From: Syntrophobacter sp. SbD2
GTDB taxonomy: Bacteria > Desulfobacterota > Binatia > UBA9968
Length of the DNA stretch: 64,000 nucleotides
NCBI GenBank assembly: GCA_945889495.1
Contig: CAMDBU010000006.1
Coordinates: forward strand, 506-64,505
Reading direction: 5' to 3'
Below the pieces are notes generated by a model, which searched no databases, was not told the DNA's origin, and saw only the letters and a program-made list of their open reading frames with translations. Below, in pieces: positions 1-13,331 of this stretch. The stretch's first letter is position 1, and every line of letters begins with the position of its first letter. Made by a program: the position numbers and the translations under genes.

Positions 1-742
<742 letters not shown>

Positions 743-2190
743 CGCCGGCGCGCCACTGCCGCCGTCACGGAGTGGCTTGGGGTCGGCGGTAAGGCCGGCT
801 TGGAAAGCGTCGTGGTGCACCCGCTCGCGCGCTTCCTGCACTAGGTCGGAGAAGGTCGTCAGCGCCACGAGCTGGCGGCGGGTAAAGAGGTCGCCCCACG
901 TCGTGAGGCCGTAGGGCGTGCAGTTGCCACCGGTCATTCGCTTGGCGATCTCGCCCTCCGGCTTCCACGTCGGCTGCACGGTCAGCGCGAGGGCTTCCAT
1001 CTCCGGCGTCGGCGCGAGGTAGACCCGCCCGCGATCACCCTCGGCGACGATGGCCATCAGCCGCGCACCCATGCGCCCTTCTTTTCCCTCGGCCTTGATG
1101 TAGTCGCCCGACACCGGAGTGCCGGACATCAAGCAGGCAAAGTTCGCGCGCGACAGCTTGGTGCCGTTTTTCGCCCCCTCCGCGTCCTTCGGCTTGCCCA
1201 CCTTCACCGTGAACCGATAGCCGCCGTTCTCGATCATCGGCTCGACATATACCTCCCTGCCCGCCTTGGTGGAGAGCATGAAGGTTGAGACGAGCGGCAC
1301 GTCTACCCGTGCGAAGGCCGGGTTCGGACTCTTTACTGTTCGCGCCCAGAGCCAAGCGATCACGGTGAGCTTGCGGCCGACGTAGGGTTTGAGGTCCGAG
1401 CGATCTTTCGCAATCTCGGCTGTGACGTCGACCTTCGGATAAAGATGGCCGATGCGCTTCTCGGCTTCGTCACGCATCCATTTTCCATAGTATCGAACGT
1501 CTTCGGCGAGGCCTTGCGCGCCTTTCCAACCTGTCTGCGAACCGATCTTCTTTCGCGACTCGGGATTTACCGGCGGTTTGCCGGCAAACTTCGGCGGAAT
1601 CTCGATCATCGCTTTGTTGATCAGTACAGCCACGGGGTTCAAATCAGACGCATAAGATTCCAGACCGAGCCTCTGCGCTTCAAGTGGTATCGAGCCTCCG
1701 CCAGCAAATGGATCGTGAAACGCGGGAAGTTTATGCCGGTCGAATAATTCTTTAGCGCGCGGATGATCCGCGTTCTCCGCGCACGTTGCGCGCCAACTCT
1801 GCCAGATCTCGTCACGCGCGCGCTGAAGCACTTCCTCGTTGGTGGTGTTCTCCCACAGCACGAGATCCTCAATGATCTTGAAAAGCCGTTGTCGCTCTTT
1901 CTCTTGCGCCTTCTCGGTCTTGAAAATGTCCGGATGCGCCGACGGATCGTCCACCATCTGCGCAAAGATCACCGCCCGCGCCGCCGCCAACGGCCGCCGC
2001 GCCCACCACAAATGCAACGTCGACGGATGCCCATGCCGAATCGACTTCTCCCGCGCCGAAGCTTTGTTGATGGCTTCCAGGGGCAAAGCGACTTCGATGA
2101 GTTTTTTCTTGTATGCGGTCATATTGCTTCAGTTGACAGTGTTGAATCGATCTCCGGCTAGTGGCTGGCCACTGCTACGAGGCCGCGATG

Positions 2191-2601
2191 CTATCTTTTT
2201 AGTAGCGGTAATCTCTCTCTTGGAAACATCGACTTGACAAACTCGTGCGCTTCCTTGAGGTCCCTTCTAATGTCGGCCACGGAAAGCTCGAAGTCGCTCA
2301 ACGGCGGATAGCGCTCCGCCATGTAGTAGCCGGAGACACGTTCGCATAGATCGCGAAAACTCTCTAAAGCTGGCTGGTGTTTAGACGCCTCGTCCAACAA
2401 CGCGTCCAGTTCGTGAATCTTGCGCAGCTTCCAGTCGTGTTTGAGGAGAAACGCCTTGAGGTATTTCTCCAACGATTGTTGCAAGAAAAAGCCCGCGGCT
2501 TCGCTATCCTGGTCTTTGAGGTTCCTTTGGGCGCGCCGCCAGTCCTTACGGGCAATCAGAATCCACTCGTCGCCAACCGCGGCCCCAGAACCGTTGCTCA
2601 C
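2191..2601 (-). CDS. HEPN domain protein (putative toxin of HEPN/MNT type II TA pair)
   Basis: 136 aa; HEPN-like sequence; 4-bp ATGA overlap with upstream MNT gene. Confidence 0.75.
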   Translation of the reverse strand: MSNGSGAAVGDEWILIARKDWRRAQRNLKDQDSEAAGFFLQQSLEKYLKAFLLKHDWKLRKIHELDALLDEASKHQPALESFRDLCERVSGYYMAERYPPLSDFELSVADIRRDLKEAHEFVKSMFPRERLPLLKR

Positions 2602-2915
2602 AGAGAAACTCCGGTTTCGAGAATCTCCCGGACAAACGGGTCGCCGGCCTTGGTTCTTTTTTTCAGCTCCAGCGGAGTCAAGACGATGGGCGATACTGCA
2701 AGACCATCCCGCAGGTTTCTAATGAGGCGCCGGACGCTGGCCATTCTATCGAAAAACCGCTCCTTGGTGGGCGCAACGACCAGTAGGTCCACGTCGCTGT
2801 CGGCGGTTGCATTCCCCTTGGCGTAAGAGCCAAAAAGAATAACCCGTTCCGCGCGGTACTCCTGCTTGATCTTGTTTCCGATGATCTGAAGACGCCTATT
2901 CAATTTTTGAGTCAT
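2598..2915 (-). CDS. nucleotidyltransferase (MNT) domain protein, putative antitoxin
   Basis: 105 aa; pol-beta-type NTase motif ILFGSYAKGNATADSDVDLLVV. Confidence 0.85.
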   Translation of the reverse strand: MTQKLNRRLQIIGNKIKQEYRAERVILFGSYAKGNATADSDVDLLVVAPTKERFFDRMASVRRLIRNLRDGLAVSPIVLTPLELKKRTKAGDPFVREILETGVSL

Positions 2916-3001
2916 TCTCTCTCCTGGCGATTAAACGTTGCCGTCCTTCGCTCCCTGACACCGCGATCATAGCATAGCGCGTTCCTTACGACACTCGGCG
3001 G

Positions 3002-6577
<3,576 letters not shown>

Positions 6578-6788
6578 TAATTAAGTTGAGTACGATGCAA
6601 TTTCAGGAGGTATACTACGTCAGGCTCTAGAACAATGGCAACCAGCCGATAAAGCACCGAAATCCAGACGGCGCGATAACTAATTGCACGCGCACTGAAG
6701 CCTTGACAACCCCCAGGGTCAGCGTGAAATAGTCGGCCAGATGCGCTGATCGCAAGCCGTTCCGAAAAACCCAATTAGGAGACTTCCC

Positions 6789-7490
6789 ATGGCAAATCCG
6801 CCGAGCATCGGTCTGATCATTCCGTCGGCCAATCGATTGACCGAACCGCAGTTCAACACCTATCTTCCCAGCGGCGTCGGCGCCTACGTCACGCGCTTGC
6901 GCATGGCGGGGAAACATCGCAAACCGCTGGCCCAGCTGAAACCGGAATTGATTCAAGCCGCCGAGGCGCTCTCCGACATCAAACCCAACGTCATCGTGTT
7001 TCACTGCACGGCGAACTCGATGGAGAGCGGGCTCGATCATGAAAAAGCCATCGTCGACATCATCGAGCAGGCCAGCGGCTGCCCGACCATCACCACGGCG
7101 CAAGCCCTAACCCAAGCCTTCGATCGAGTAGGCATCAAGAAGATGGTCCTGGTCAGCCCCTACGTTCAGGCGACCAACCAGCTTGAAGTGAATTATTTAA
7201 GCGAGACCGGCTATACCGTGCTACACGAGAAAGGGCTGGCGCTGGAATCCCACGCCTACTCGACGATCACGCCGGAGGAATGGAAAACAGTTGTCAAAGA
7301 GAATCAACGCGACGACGCCGACGGCTATTTTTTGAGCTGCACCAATACGCGCATGATCGAAACGATCACCGACCTGGAACGCGATCTCGGCAAACCGGTG
7401 ATCAACAGCAATCAAGCGACAATTTGGGCTTGTCTGAAAAAGATGGGCATTCCGCACAGCGATCCGAGACTGGGCCGGCTGTTTAACTAA
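6789..7490 (+). CDS. Asp/Glu/hydantoin racemase superfamily protein (maleate cis-trans isomerase / arylmalonate decarboxylase-like)
   Basis: 233 aa; two Cys-containing motifs VFHCTANS and FLSCTNTR as in maleate isomerase. Confidence 0.7.
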   Translation: MANPPSIGLIIPSANRLTEPQFNTYLPSGVGAYVTRLRMAGKHRKPLAQLKPELIQAAEALSDIKPNVIVFHCTANSMESGLDHEKAIVDIIEQASGCPTITTAQALTQAFDRVGIKKMVLVSPYVQATNQLEVNYLSETGYTVLHEKGLALESHAYSTITPEEWKTVVKENQRDDADGYFLSCTNTRMIETITDLERDLGKPVINSNQATIWACLKKMGIPHSDPRLGRLFN

Positions 7491-7505
7491 CCGCGACTTC
7501 TTCAA

Positions 7506-7561
7506 GGGAGGGCGGACATTCCTGTCCGCCAGGCGGGTTAGAAAACCCGCCCTCCTTTTTT
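7506..7561 (+). terminator. two adjacent perfect 8-bp hairpins (GGCGGACA-TTCC-TGTCCGCC and GGCGGGTT-AGAA-AACCCGCC) followed by T-run; intrinsic terminator / REP copy 1
   Basis: seen directly; second copy of same architecture at 53315..53364. Confidence 0.7.
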
Positions 7562-7592
7562 AATCGCCAACGCGCGAAGCCAAGTTTTTAGC

Positions 7593-9851
7593 TTAGAAAA
7601 GCATCCCGATACTGGGCGTTGCCAGCGCCGCCACCAGCCGCTCTTTGAGTCCAGTATTGCGCGTCTCCACCCTGACGTTGCGGATCGCCATGGCCAGCGC
7701 CTTGTGGCTGCCGACGACGATGACCAACCGCTTGCCGCGGGTCACTGCGGTGTAGAGGATGCTGCGGTAGAGCATGATGTAGTGCGAGGTGTGGAGCGGC
7801 AGCACCACCACGGGATATTCGCTGCCCTGGCTTTTATGGATCGACGTGGCGTAGGCCAGACTGATTTCATCCCATTCATCGGACTCATACTCGACAATCC
7901 GCTCATCGTAGTCGACGCGAATCTTGCCATCCTCGCGGTCGATGGAGACAATTTTACCGAGATCGCCGTTAAAAACTCCCTTGTCGTAATTGTTGCGCAG
8001 CTGCATGACCTTATCGCGCACCCGCAGCGTCATGCCGGCGCGCTCGATCGCCTGGCCGGTGGGATTGAACAGCGATTGCAGATCGCGATTGAGCTGCATG
8101 GTGCCGAGCAGGCCACGGTGCATGGGGGTTAGCAATTGCACCGACTGAACGATATCGTCCGGTGACACGCCAAGCCATTGCGGGATGCGCTCGCGTAGCA
8201 ACTCTTTAATCGTCTCGAGAATTTGCTCTTCGCTCTCGCGGGCGATGAAGTCGAAATCGCGCCGCTCGCGGGCGTCGGAAAATTCTAAATTTTGCCCCTG
8301 GAGAATCCGATGCGCGTTGACGACGATCAAACTCTGCTGGTCCTGGCGAAAGATCCGCCGCAGGATCGCCACCGGCACCGCCTGCGAGTCGATGAGATCC
8401 TTCAACACGCTGCCCGGCCCCACCGACGGCAGCTGGTCGACATCGCCGACCAGAATCAAATGGGTATGCGGTTCGATGGCGGCGAGCAAATGATCCATCA
8501 GCGCGATGTCGACCATGGACGCCTCGTCGACGATGATGACGTCGACTTGCAACGGATTATCGGCGTTGCGCTGAAAGCCGCCTTCGCGCGGCGTGTATTC
8601 GAGCAAACGGTGCAAGGTCGCCGCGTCTTCGCCGGTGCTCTCGGTCATCCGCTTGGCCGCCCGACCGGTGGGCGCGGCCAATGCAAAGGTGACCTTGGCC
8701 CGCCGCAAGATCGCCAGGAGCGACATCAACAAAGTCGTCTTGCCGGTGCCCGGCCCGCCGGTGATGACAAAAACTTTTTCTTGCAGCGCCCGGCGCGCCG
8801 CGCTCACCTGGTCTGGATCGAGATTGATCGGCAAATCGGTAAACAGCGCGCCGCTCAACAAATCGACGGCGCCGCGGGTGACGCCGTGATCTTTTTCCCA
8901 GGGCCGCGACCGGCGCTCGCCTTGGAGAAACGACGGCGTGGTCAGTAAGCGCGCCACCGCCTGGGCGACTCGCTGCTCGGCTTCGAAGAGGTTAACTAAA
9001 TACACCCGCGTGAGGTGCGGATCGCGCTCGCTCTGCATGATCACTTCGCCGCGCTCGGCGAGTTTTTCCACCGCGATGTCGATGCGCTCGTCGTCGACTT
9101 CGAGCAATTGGCACGCGCTCTTGGCCAGCGCGCCCAAGGGCAAGTAGCAATGGCCGCGCTCCGCCGATTCGCGCAACACGTGGAGCACGCCGGCTTGCAC
9201 GCGCATGGGGAAATCGCCGCGGATGCCGATATGGCCGGCCAGCCGGTCGGCGAGCAGAAAACCGATGCCATGGACCTGCTGGGCCAGCGCGTAGGGATTT
9301 TCGCGCACCTGGGCGATGGTGTTGGCGCCGTAGACGCGATAAATCCGCAGCGCCAAGGAAGCGCCGACGCCATGGCCCTGGAGAAACACCATGACATCCT
9401 GCATGCCGCGCTGGGATTGCCAGGCTTCCATAATGCGCCGCGCGCGCACCTCGCCGATGCCGTCGACATCGAGAATCCGCAGCGGCTCGTCGGACAAAAC
9501 CCGCAACGTATCGAGACCGAAGGCGCCGACCAAACGCTTGGCGTAGGTCGGGCCGATGCCTTTGATCAAGCCGGAACCCAAATATTTTTCGATGCCTTCG
9601 AGGGTCGCCGGATCGACCTTGGTCCAATGATCGACTTGGAATTGCAGGCCGAAACGTGGATGGCGCTTCCACACGCCGGTGACTTTGATCTCTTCGCCTT
9701 CGGACACTGGAAACAGCACGCCGACCACCGTCGCCGCCGGCCCGCCGTCTTCGTCCAGACGCGCCACCGTGTAATGGCTCTCGGGATGCTGATAGGTGAT
9801 CCGGCTGATGGTGCCCTGGATCGACGTCAGTTGGTTCGCTTGCTCGGCCAA
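7593..9851 (-). CDS. recD2: ATP-dependent RecD-like DNA helicase (RecD2, SF1)
   Basis: Walker A GGPGTGKTT, Walker B VIIVDEASMVD, C-terminal SIHKSQGSE; likely TTG start at 9849-9851 preceded by GGAGA (ORF track extends to 9953 with unlikely N-terminal extension). Confidence 0.88.
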   Translation of the reverse strand: MAEQANQLTSIQGTISRITYQHPESHYTVARLDEDGGPAATVVGVLFPVSEGEEIKVTGVWKRHPRFGLQFQVDHWTKVDPATLEGIEKYLGSGLIKGIGPTYAKRLVGAFGLDTLRVLSDEPLRILDVDGIGEVRARRIMEAWQSQRGMQDVMVFLQGHGVGASLALRIYRVYGANTIAQVRENPYALAQQVHGIGFLLADRLAGHIGIRGDFPMRVQAGVLHVLRESAERGHCYLPLGALAKSACQLLEVDDERIDIAVEKLAERGEVIMQSERDPHLTRVYLVNLFEAEQRVAQAVARLLTTPSFLQGERRSRPWEKDHGVTRGAVDLLSGALFTDLPINLDPDQVSAARRALQEKVFVITGGPGTGKTTLLMSLLAILRRAKVTFALAAPTGRAAKRMTESTGEDAATLHRLLEYTPREGGFQRNADNPLQVDVIIVDEASMVDIALMDHLLAAIEPHTHLILVGDVDQLPSVGPGSVLKDLIDSQAVPVAILRRIFRQDQQSLIVVNAHRILQGQNLEFSDARERRDFDFIARESEEQILETIKELLRERIPQWLGVSPDDIVQSVQLLTPMHRGLLGTMQLNRDLQSLFNPTGQAIERAGMTLRVRDKVMQLRNNYDKGVFNGDLGKIVSIDREDGKIRVDYDERIVEYESDEWDEISLAYATSIHKSQGSEYPVVVLPLHTSHYIMLYRSILYTAVTRGKRLVIVVGSHKALAMAIRNVRVETRNTGLKERLVAALATPSIGMLF

Positions 9852-10084
9852 GAATATTCTCCTTGGACGCGATCCTACGTGAAAGCGCTGGCAGCGTAAA
9901 TCGCCGCCCTTGCCTTTTCCCGGCGGGCGGCTAGAATTCTCGCCAACCTCCATGCCCAGACGCAGTCCACGGCCAAGGCCGAAACTCGAATACCGGTCGA
10001 TTCATTAGCATCGTTACACGGCATTGCGCTTCGCTCCTGGAATGAAGCCCAATTGCCCCAATTACGATTGAGGAGACGCCAGGG

Positions 10085-11398
10085 ATGACTCTCGACAATT
10101 TTTGGTTTGAAGCGCTTTTGATACTCGCGTTAATTTTCGCCAACGGCTTTTTCGCCGCCGCCGAGATCGCCATGATCGCCATGCGCAAGAGCCGCATCGA
10201 CGCGCTGGTCGACCGCGGCGTCCGATCCGCCGCCGCCGTGGCCCGGCTGAAAGCCGACCCCGATCGCTTCCTCGCCACCGTCCAGATCGGTGTCACGGTG
10301 GTCAGCTCCTTTGCCTCCGCTCTCGGCGGCGCCGCCGCCATCGGTTATTTGAAACCGCAGATTGCCGCTCTGCCGTTTGCCGCCGCGCCACACTGGGCCG
10401 AGGTCATTGCCTTAACTATCGTCGTTCTGCCTATCTCGTATTTCTCCCTGGTATTGGGCGAGCTCGTGCCGAAGTCCTTGGCGCTACGATTCTCCGAACC
10501 GATCGCCTGCGCGGTCGCCCGGCCCATCGAACTGTTGGCTAAATTCAGCGCGCTCTTCGTCAAACTGCTCACCGGATCGAGTAACCTCGTACTCAAACTA
10601 TTCGGCGGCAAGGACGCCGGCAGCGCCAGCTTTATTTCCGCCGACGAGGTCAAATCGCTGATCCGCGAAGGCGCAGCCAAGGGCATCTTCAACGAGACCG
10701 AAAAGGAACTGATCCATAGCGTTTTCGAATTCACCGACACACCGGTCAAGGCGGTGATGAAGCCGCGCACCGAGATCCACGCCATCGAAGCGCACGCGTC
10801 GTTGGCCGAGGTGGCGAAGTATTTCGTCGACAGCGGCTTTTCCCGGGTGCCTGTGTACGACGGCGATTTGGACAAGGTCATCGGCATTCTCTACAACAAA
10901 GATGTCTTCAAAGCGCTGCAAGAAAACAGCGACTTTCGCGTGCGCGATCATTTGCACCAGGCCTACTTCGTGCCCAGCACGCTGCCGATCAGCGAACTCT
11001 TGAAGCAGTTGCAACGGCGCCGCTTGGCGATGGCCTTGGTGGTCAACGAATTCGGCGAGATCGAAGGTATCGCCACCCTGGAGGATTTGGTCGAAGAAAT
11101 CGTCGGCGAGATTCGCGACGAATACGACCGCGAGGAACGCGGTCCGGTGGAGCGCCTGCCGGACGGCTCCATGGTGATCTCCGGCTCGGCGCTGCTCAAG
11201 GATTTGAAAACCGATTTCGACCTGCCCTTCGAAGAATCGCCGGACTATCACACCCTGGCCGGCCTGCTCCTGGCGCGCTTGAAAAAAATCCCGCGCGGCG
11301 GCGAATGGATCGAGGAGTTCGGCTACAAGCTCACCATCGTCGACATGGAAGGCCGGCGCATCGTCAAAATCAAAGTGGAAGAAAATAACCCGGCGTAA
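10085..11398 (+). CDS. HlyC/CorC (TlyC) family transporter: CNNM/DUF21 membrane domain + 2 CBS + CorC_HlyC
   Basis: 437 aa; N-terminal TM helices, CBS pair, C-terminal transporter-associated domain. Confidence 0.88.
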   Translation: MTLDNFWFEALLILALIFANGFFAAAEIAMIAMRKSRIDALVDRGVRSAAAVARLKADPDRFLATVQIGVTVVSSFASALGGAAAIGYLKPQIAALPFAAAPHWAEVIALTIVVLPISYFSLVLGELVPKSLALRFSEPIACAVARPIELLAKFSALFVKLLTGSSNLVLKLFGGKDAGSASFISADEVKSLIREGAAKGIFNETEKELIHSVFEFTDTPVKAVMKPRTEIHAIEAHASLAEVAKYFVDSGFSRVPVYDGDLDKVIGILYNKDVFKALQENSDFRVRDHLHQAYFVPSTLPISELLKQLQRRRLAMALVVNEFGEIEGIATLEDLVEEIVGEIRDEYDREERGPVERLPDGSMVISGSALLKDLKTDFDLPFEESPDYHTLAGLLLARLKKIPRGGEWIEEFGYKLTIVDMEGRRIVKIKVEENNPA

Positions 11399-11401
11399 AA
11401 G

Positions 11402-11470
11402 AATGGGGGATTGGAGTAATGGAGTATTGGGCCCCCCACCACTCCATTACTCCAACACTCCTTCACTCCA
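11402..11470. repeat. imperfect palindrome built from TGGAGTAN octamers (copy 1 of family; second at 41437..41535)
   Basis: GGAGTAATGGAGTATTGGG...CCCACCACTCCATTACTCC inverted arms between convergent genes. Confidence 0.75.
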
Positions 11471-11475
11471 GTGCG

Positions 11476-11889
11476 TCAGTAGCAGCGAATTTCGACTTCG
11501 TTGCCGTCAGGATCGAGAAAGTAGACCGACGTCGCCTGGCCGCGCGCGCCCCAGCGCGACACCGGGCCTTCGCGAATGGCGATCTGGTTCGCCTTCAAGT
11601 CTTCGATGACAGCGGTGAATTCCGCGGCATCGACGACCAAACATAAATGATTGAGATTGCCGTCGACTTTTTCGGCAACCGGGCGATCATCGGCCGGTTT
11701 ACGCGGAAACAGATCGATGATCGTCGATGGGTTGATTCGCACGGAAGGGAAGCCAACTTTGCCGACGCGGAACTGGTCGATCCGCTCGCCTTGCAAACCC
11801 AAGACCTCAGTGTAGAACTGCAACGCCCGGTCGATGTCGCCGACGTTTAGCACGATATGATCAAGCCCGGTGATTTTGAAACGACCCAT
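11476..11889 (-). CDS. VOC/glyoxalase family protein
   Basis: 137 aa; glyoxalase-like fold motifs (HIVLNVGDIDRALQFY...). Confidence 0.8.
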   Translation of the reverse strand: MGRFKITGLDHIVLNVGDIDRALQFYTEVLGLQGERIDQFRVGKVGFPSVRINPSTIIDLFPRKPADDRPVAEKVDGNLNHLCLVVDAAEFTAVIEDLKANQIAIREGPVSRWGARGQATSVYFLDPDGNEVEIRCY

Positions 11890-11928
11890 GGCGTAACTCC
11901 TTTCGCCCGAGCCCGAGATATTTTCCCG

Positions 11929-12984
11929 CTACGCCGAAATTGTCGCCAATTCCGTGAGCAGTGCCCGCACTTCCTTGGGCGTGCCCACGGTGATGCGCAG
12001 ACAATCGCGCAGCCCCGGCGCGTCGAAGTAGCGCACTAGAATTTTCCGCCGCTTGAGCTCTTCATAGACCGGCTGCAAATTTTTGTCGCGCTGGCGGGCT
12101 AAAATAAAATTCGTGTGCGACGGGTAGACCTGATAGCCCAAGCGTTTGAGCCCAGCGGCGAGCTGTTGGCGGCTGCGCTGGATGCGCGCGGCGTTGCGTT
12201 GCATCCACGCCATGTCACCGAGCGCCGCGCTGCCGGCGGCGATGCTCAGGCGGTCGAGGTTGTAGGAGTCGCGCACTTTGTTCATGCCGGCGATGAGTTC
12301 CGCCGAGGCGAAGGCCAACCCGACGCGCATGCCGGCCAGAGAGAACGACTTCGACAGCGTGCGCAGGACGATCAGATTGGGCAATTGGTAAATCAGCGGC
12401 AGCGCCGATGCCCCCTCGCTGGCGGCGAAATCGACATAGGCTTCGTCGACCACCAGGATGCCCGCCACGGACCGAGCTAATTCGACGATTTTCGGCAGCG
12501 CCACCAGCGTCCCCGACGGCGCGTTGGGATTGCACAGGATCGTCAGCGGTGCATCTTGCCGCGCCAATTGTTCCGGCACGGAAAAATCTTCCGGGAACGG
12601 CACCCCCACCGGCACCGCCGCTTGAATTTCCACCAGGGTGTCGTAAAGCGAATAGGTCGGAACTGGATAGGCGACCCGCTGGCCAGCATCGACGAAACAG
12701 CGCATGACGATCGCCAAGAGCTCGTCCGAACCGTTGCCGGCCAAAACATTTTCCGCTTTGACCCCGTACGCCGCGGCGGCGGCGGCGCACAGACTCTCGC
12801 TCATCGGCGGCGGATAAAGGCGCAGCGAAGCGGCGATCGATTGGCGCAGGGCGGCGTAGACTTTGGGTGATGGCGGATAGGGATTCTCATTGGTGTTGAG
12901 TTTGATAAAATCACCGTCGCGCGGCTGTTCACCGGGAGCATAGCCGGACATCGCCCGGATGTTGCTGCGAAAGTAGTGGCTCAT
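11929..12984 (-). CDS. hisC: histidinol-phosphate aminotransferase
   Basis: 351 aa; class II aminotransferase, PLP lysine motif LRTLSKSFSLAGMRVG. Confidence 0.88.
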   Translation of the reverse strand: MSHYFRSNIRAMSGYAPGEQPRDGDFIKLNTNENPYPPSPKVYAALRQSIAASLRLYPPPMSESLCAAAAAAYGVKAENVLAGNGSDELLAIVMRCFVDAGQRVAYPVPTYSLYDTLVEIQAAVPVGVPFPEDFSVPEQLARQDAPLTILCNPNAPSGTLVALPKIVELARSVAGILVVDEAYVDFAASEGASALPLIYQLPNLIVLRTLSKSFSLAGMRVGLAFASAELIAGMNKVRDSYNLDRLSIAAGSAALGDMAWMQRNAARIQRSRQQLAAGLKRLGYQVYPSHTNFILARQRDKNLQPVYEELKRRKILVRYFDAPGLRDCLRITVGTPKEVRALLTELATISA

Positions 12985-13331
12985 GAGGGCGGATTCTAAC
13001 GACAGCTCACAGCCATTTCAAACCAACTGAAGGGATAACCCGACCTCATGGCGATGCGATTTCGCCATGGCCGGCGCGGCAATGGAAACCAAGGCGTTCG
13101 GACGCCCAGGAAGACATTTTTGTCCAGCATTTCCCGAATATGTCCAGAAATCATCGGAGGCGCAGTAATCTTTGCTAAACTGCCCTTTCCGGACAATCCT
13201 AACTAGCTGATATTGAACGACTCCAGATTCCCACGATGGCATGTTTTTGGCTAAGGTTCCTGCGCGAAGCGACTAGCCGGTCATCCAGTGGTAGGGTTTG
13301 CCCAGGTTAGGCTAGGCGCGGGCGATAATAT

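Noticed and set aside
7704-9899. ORFs 7704..8132(+), 8292..8948(+), 9015..9899(+), 8992..9672(-) overlapping recD2
   Set aside because: They are nested in or antisense to a well-supported helicase gene and have low-complexity R/A/G-rich translations.
9852-9953. N-terminal extension of the recD2 ORF (MEVGENSSRPPGKG...)
   Set aside because: It is an unlikely low-complexity extension. A TTG start with a GGAGA RBS at 9851 fits better.
10598-11251. 217-aa minus-strand ORF antisense to corC-like gene
   Set aside because: It is an antisense artefact.
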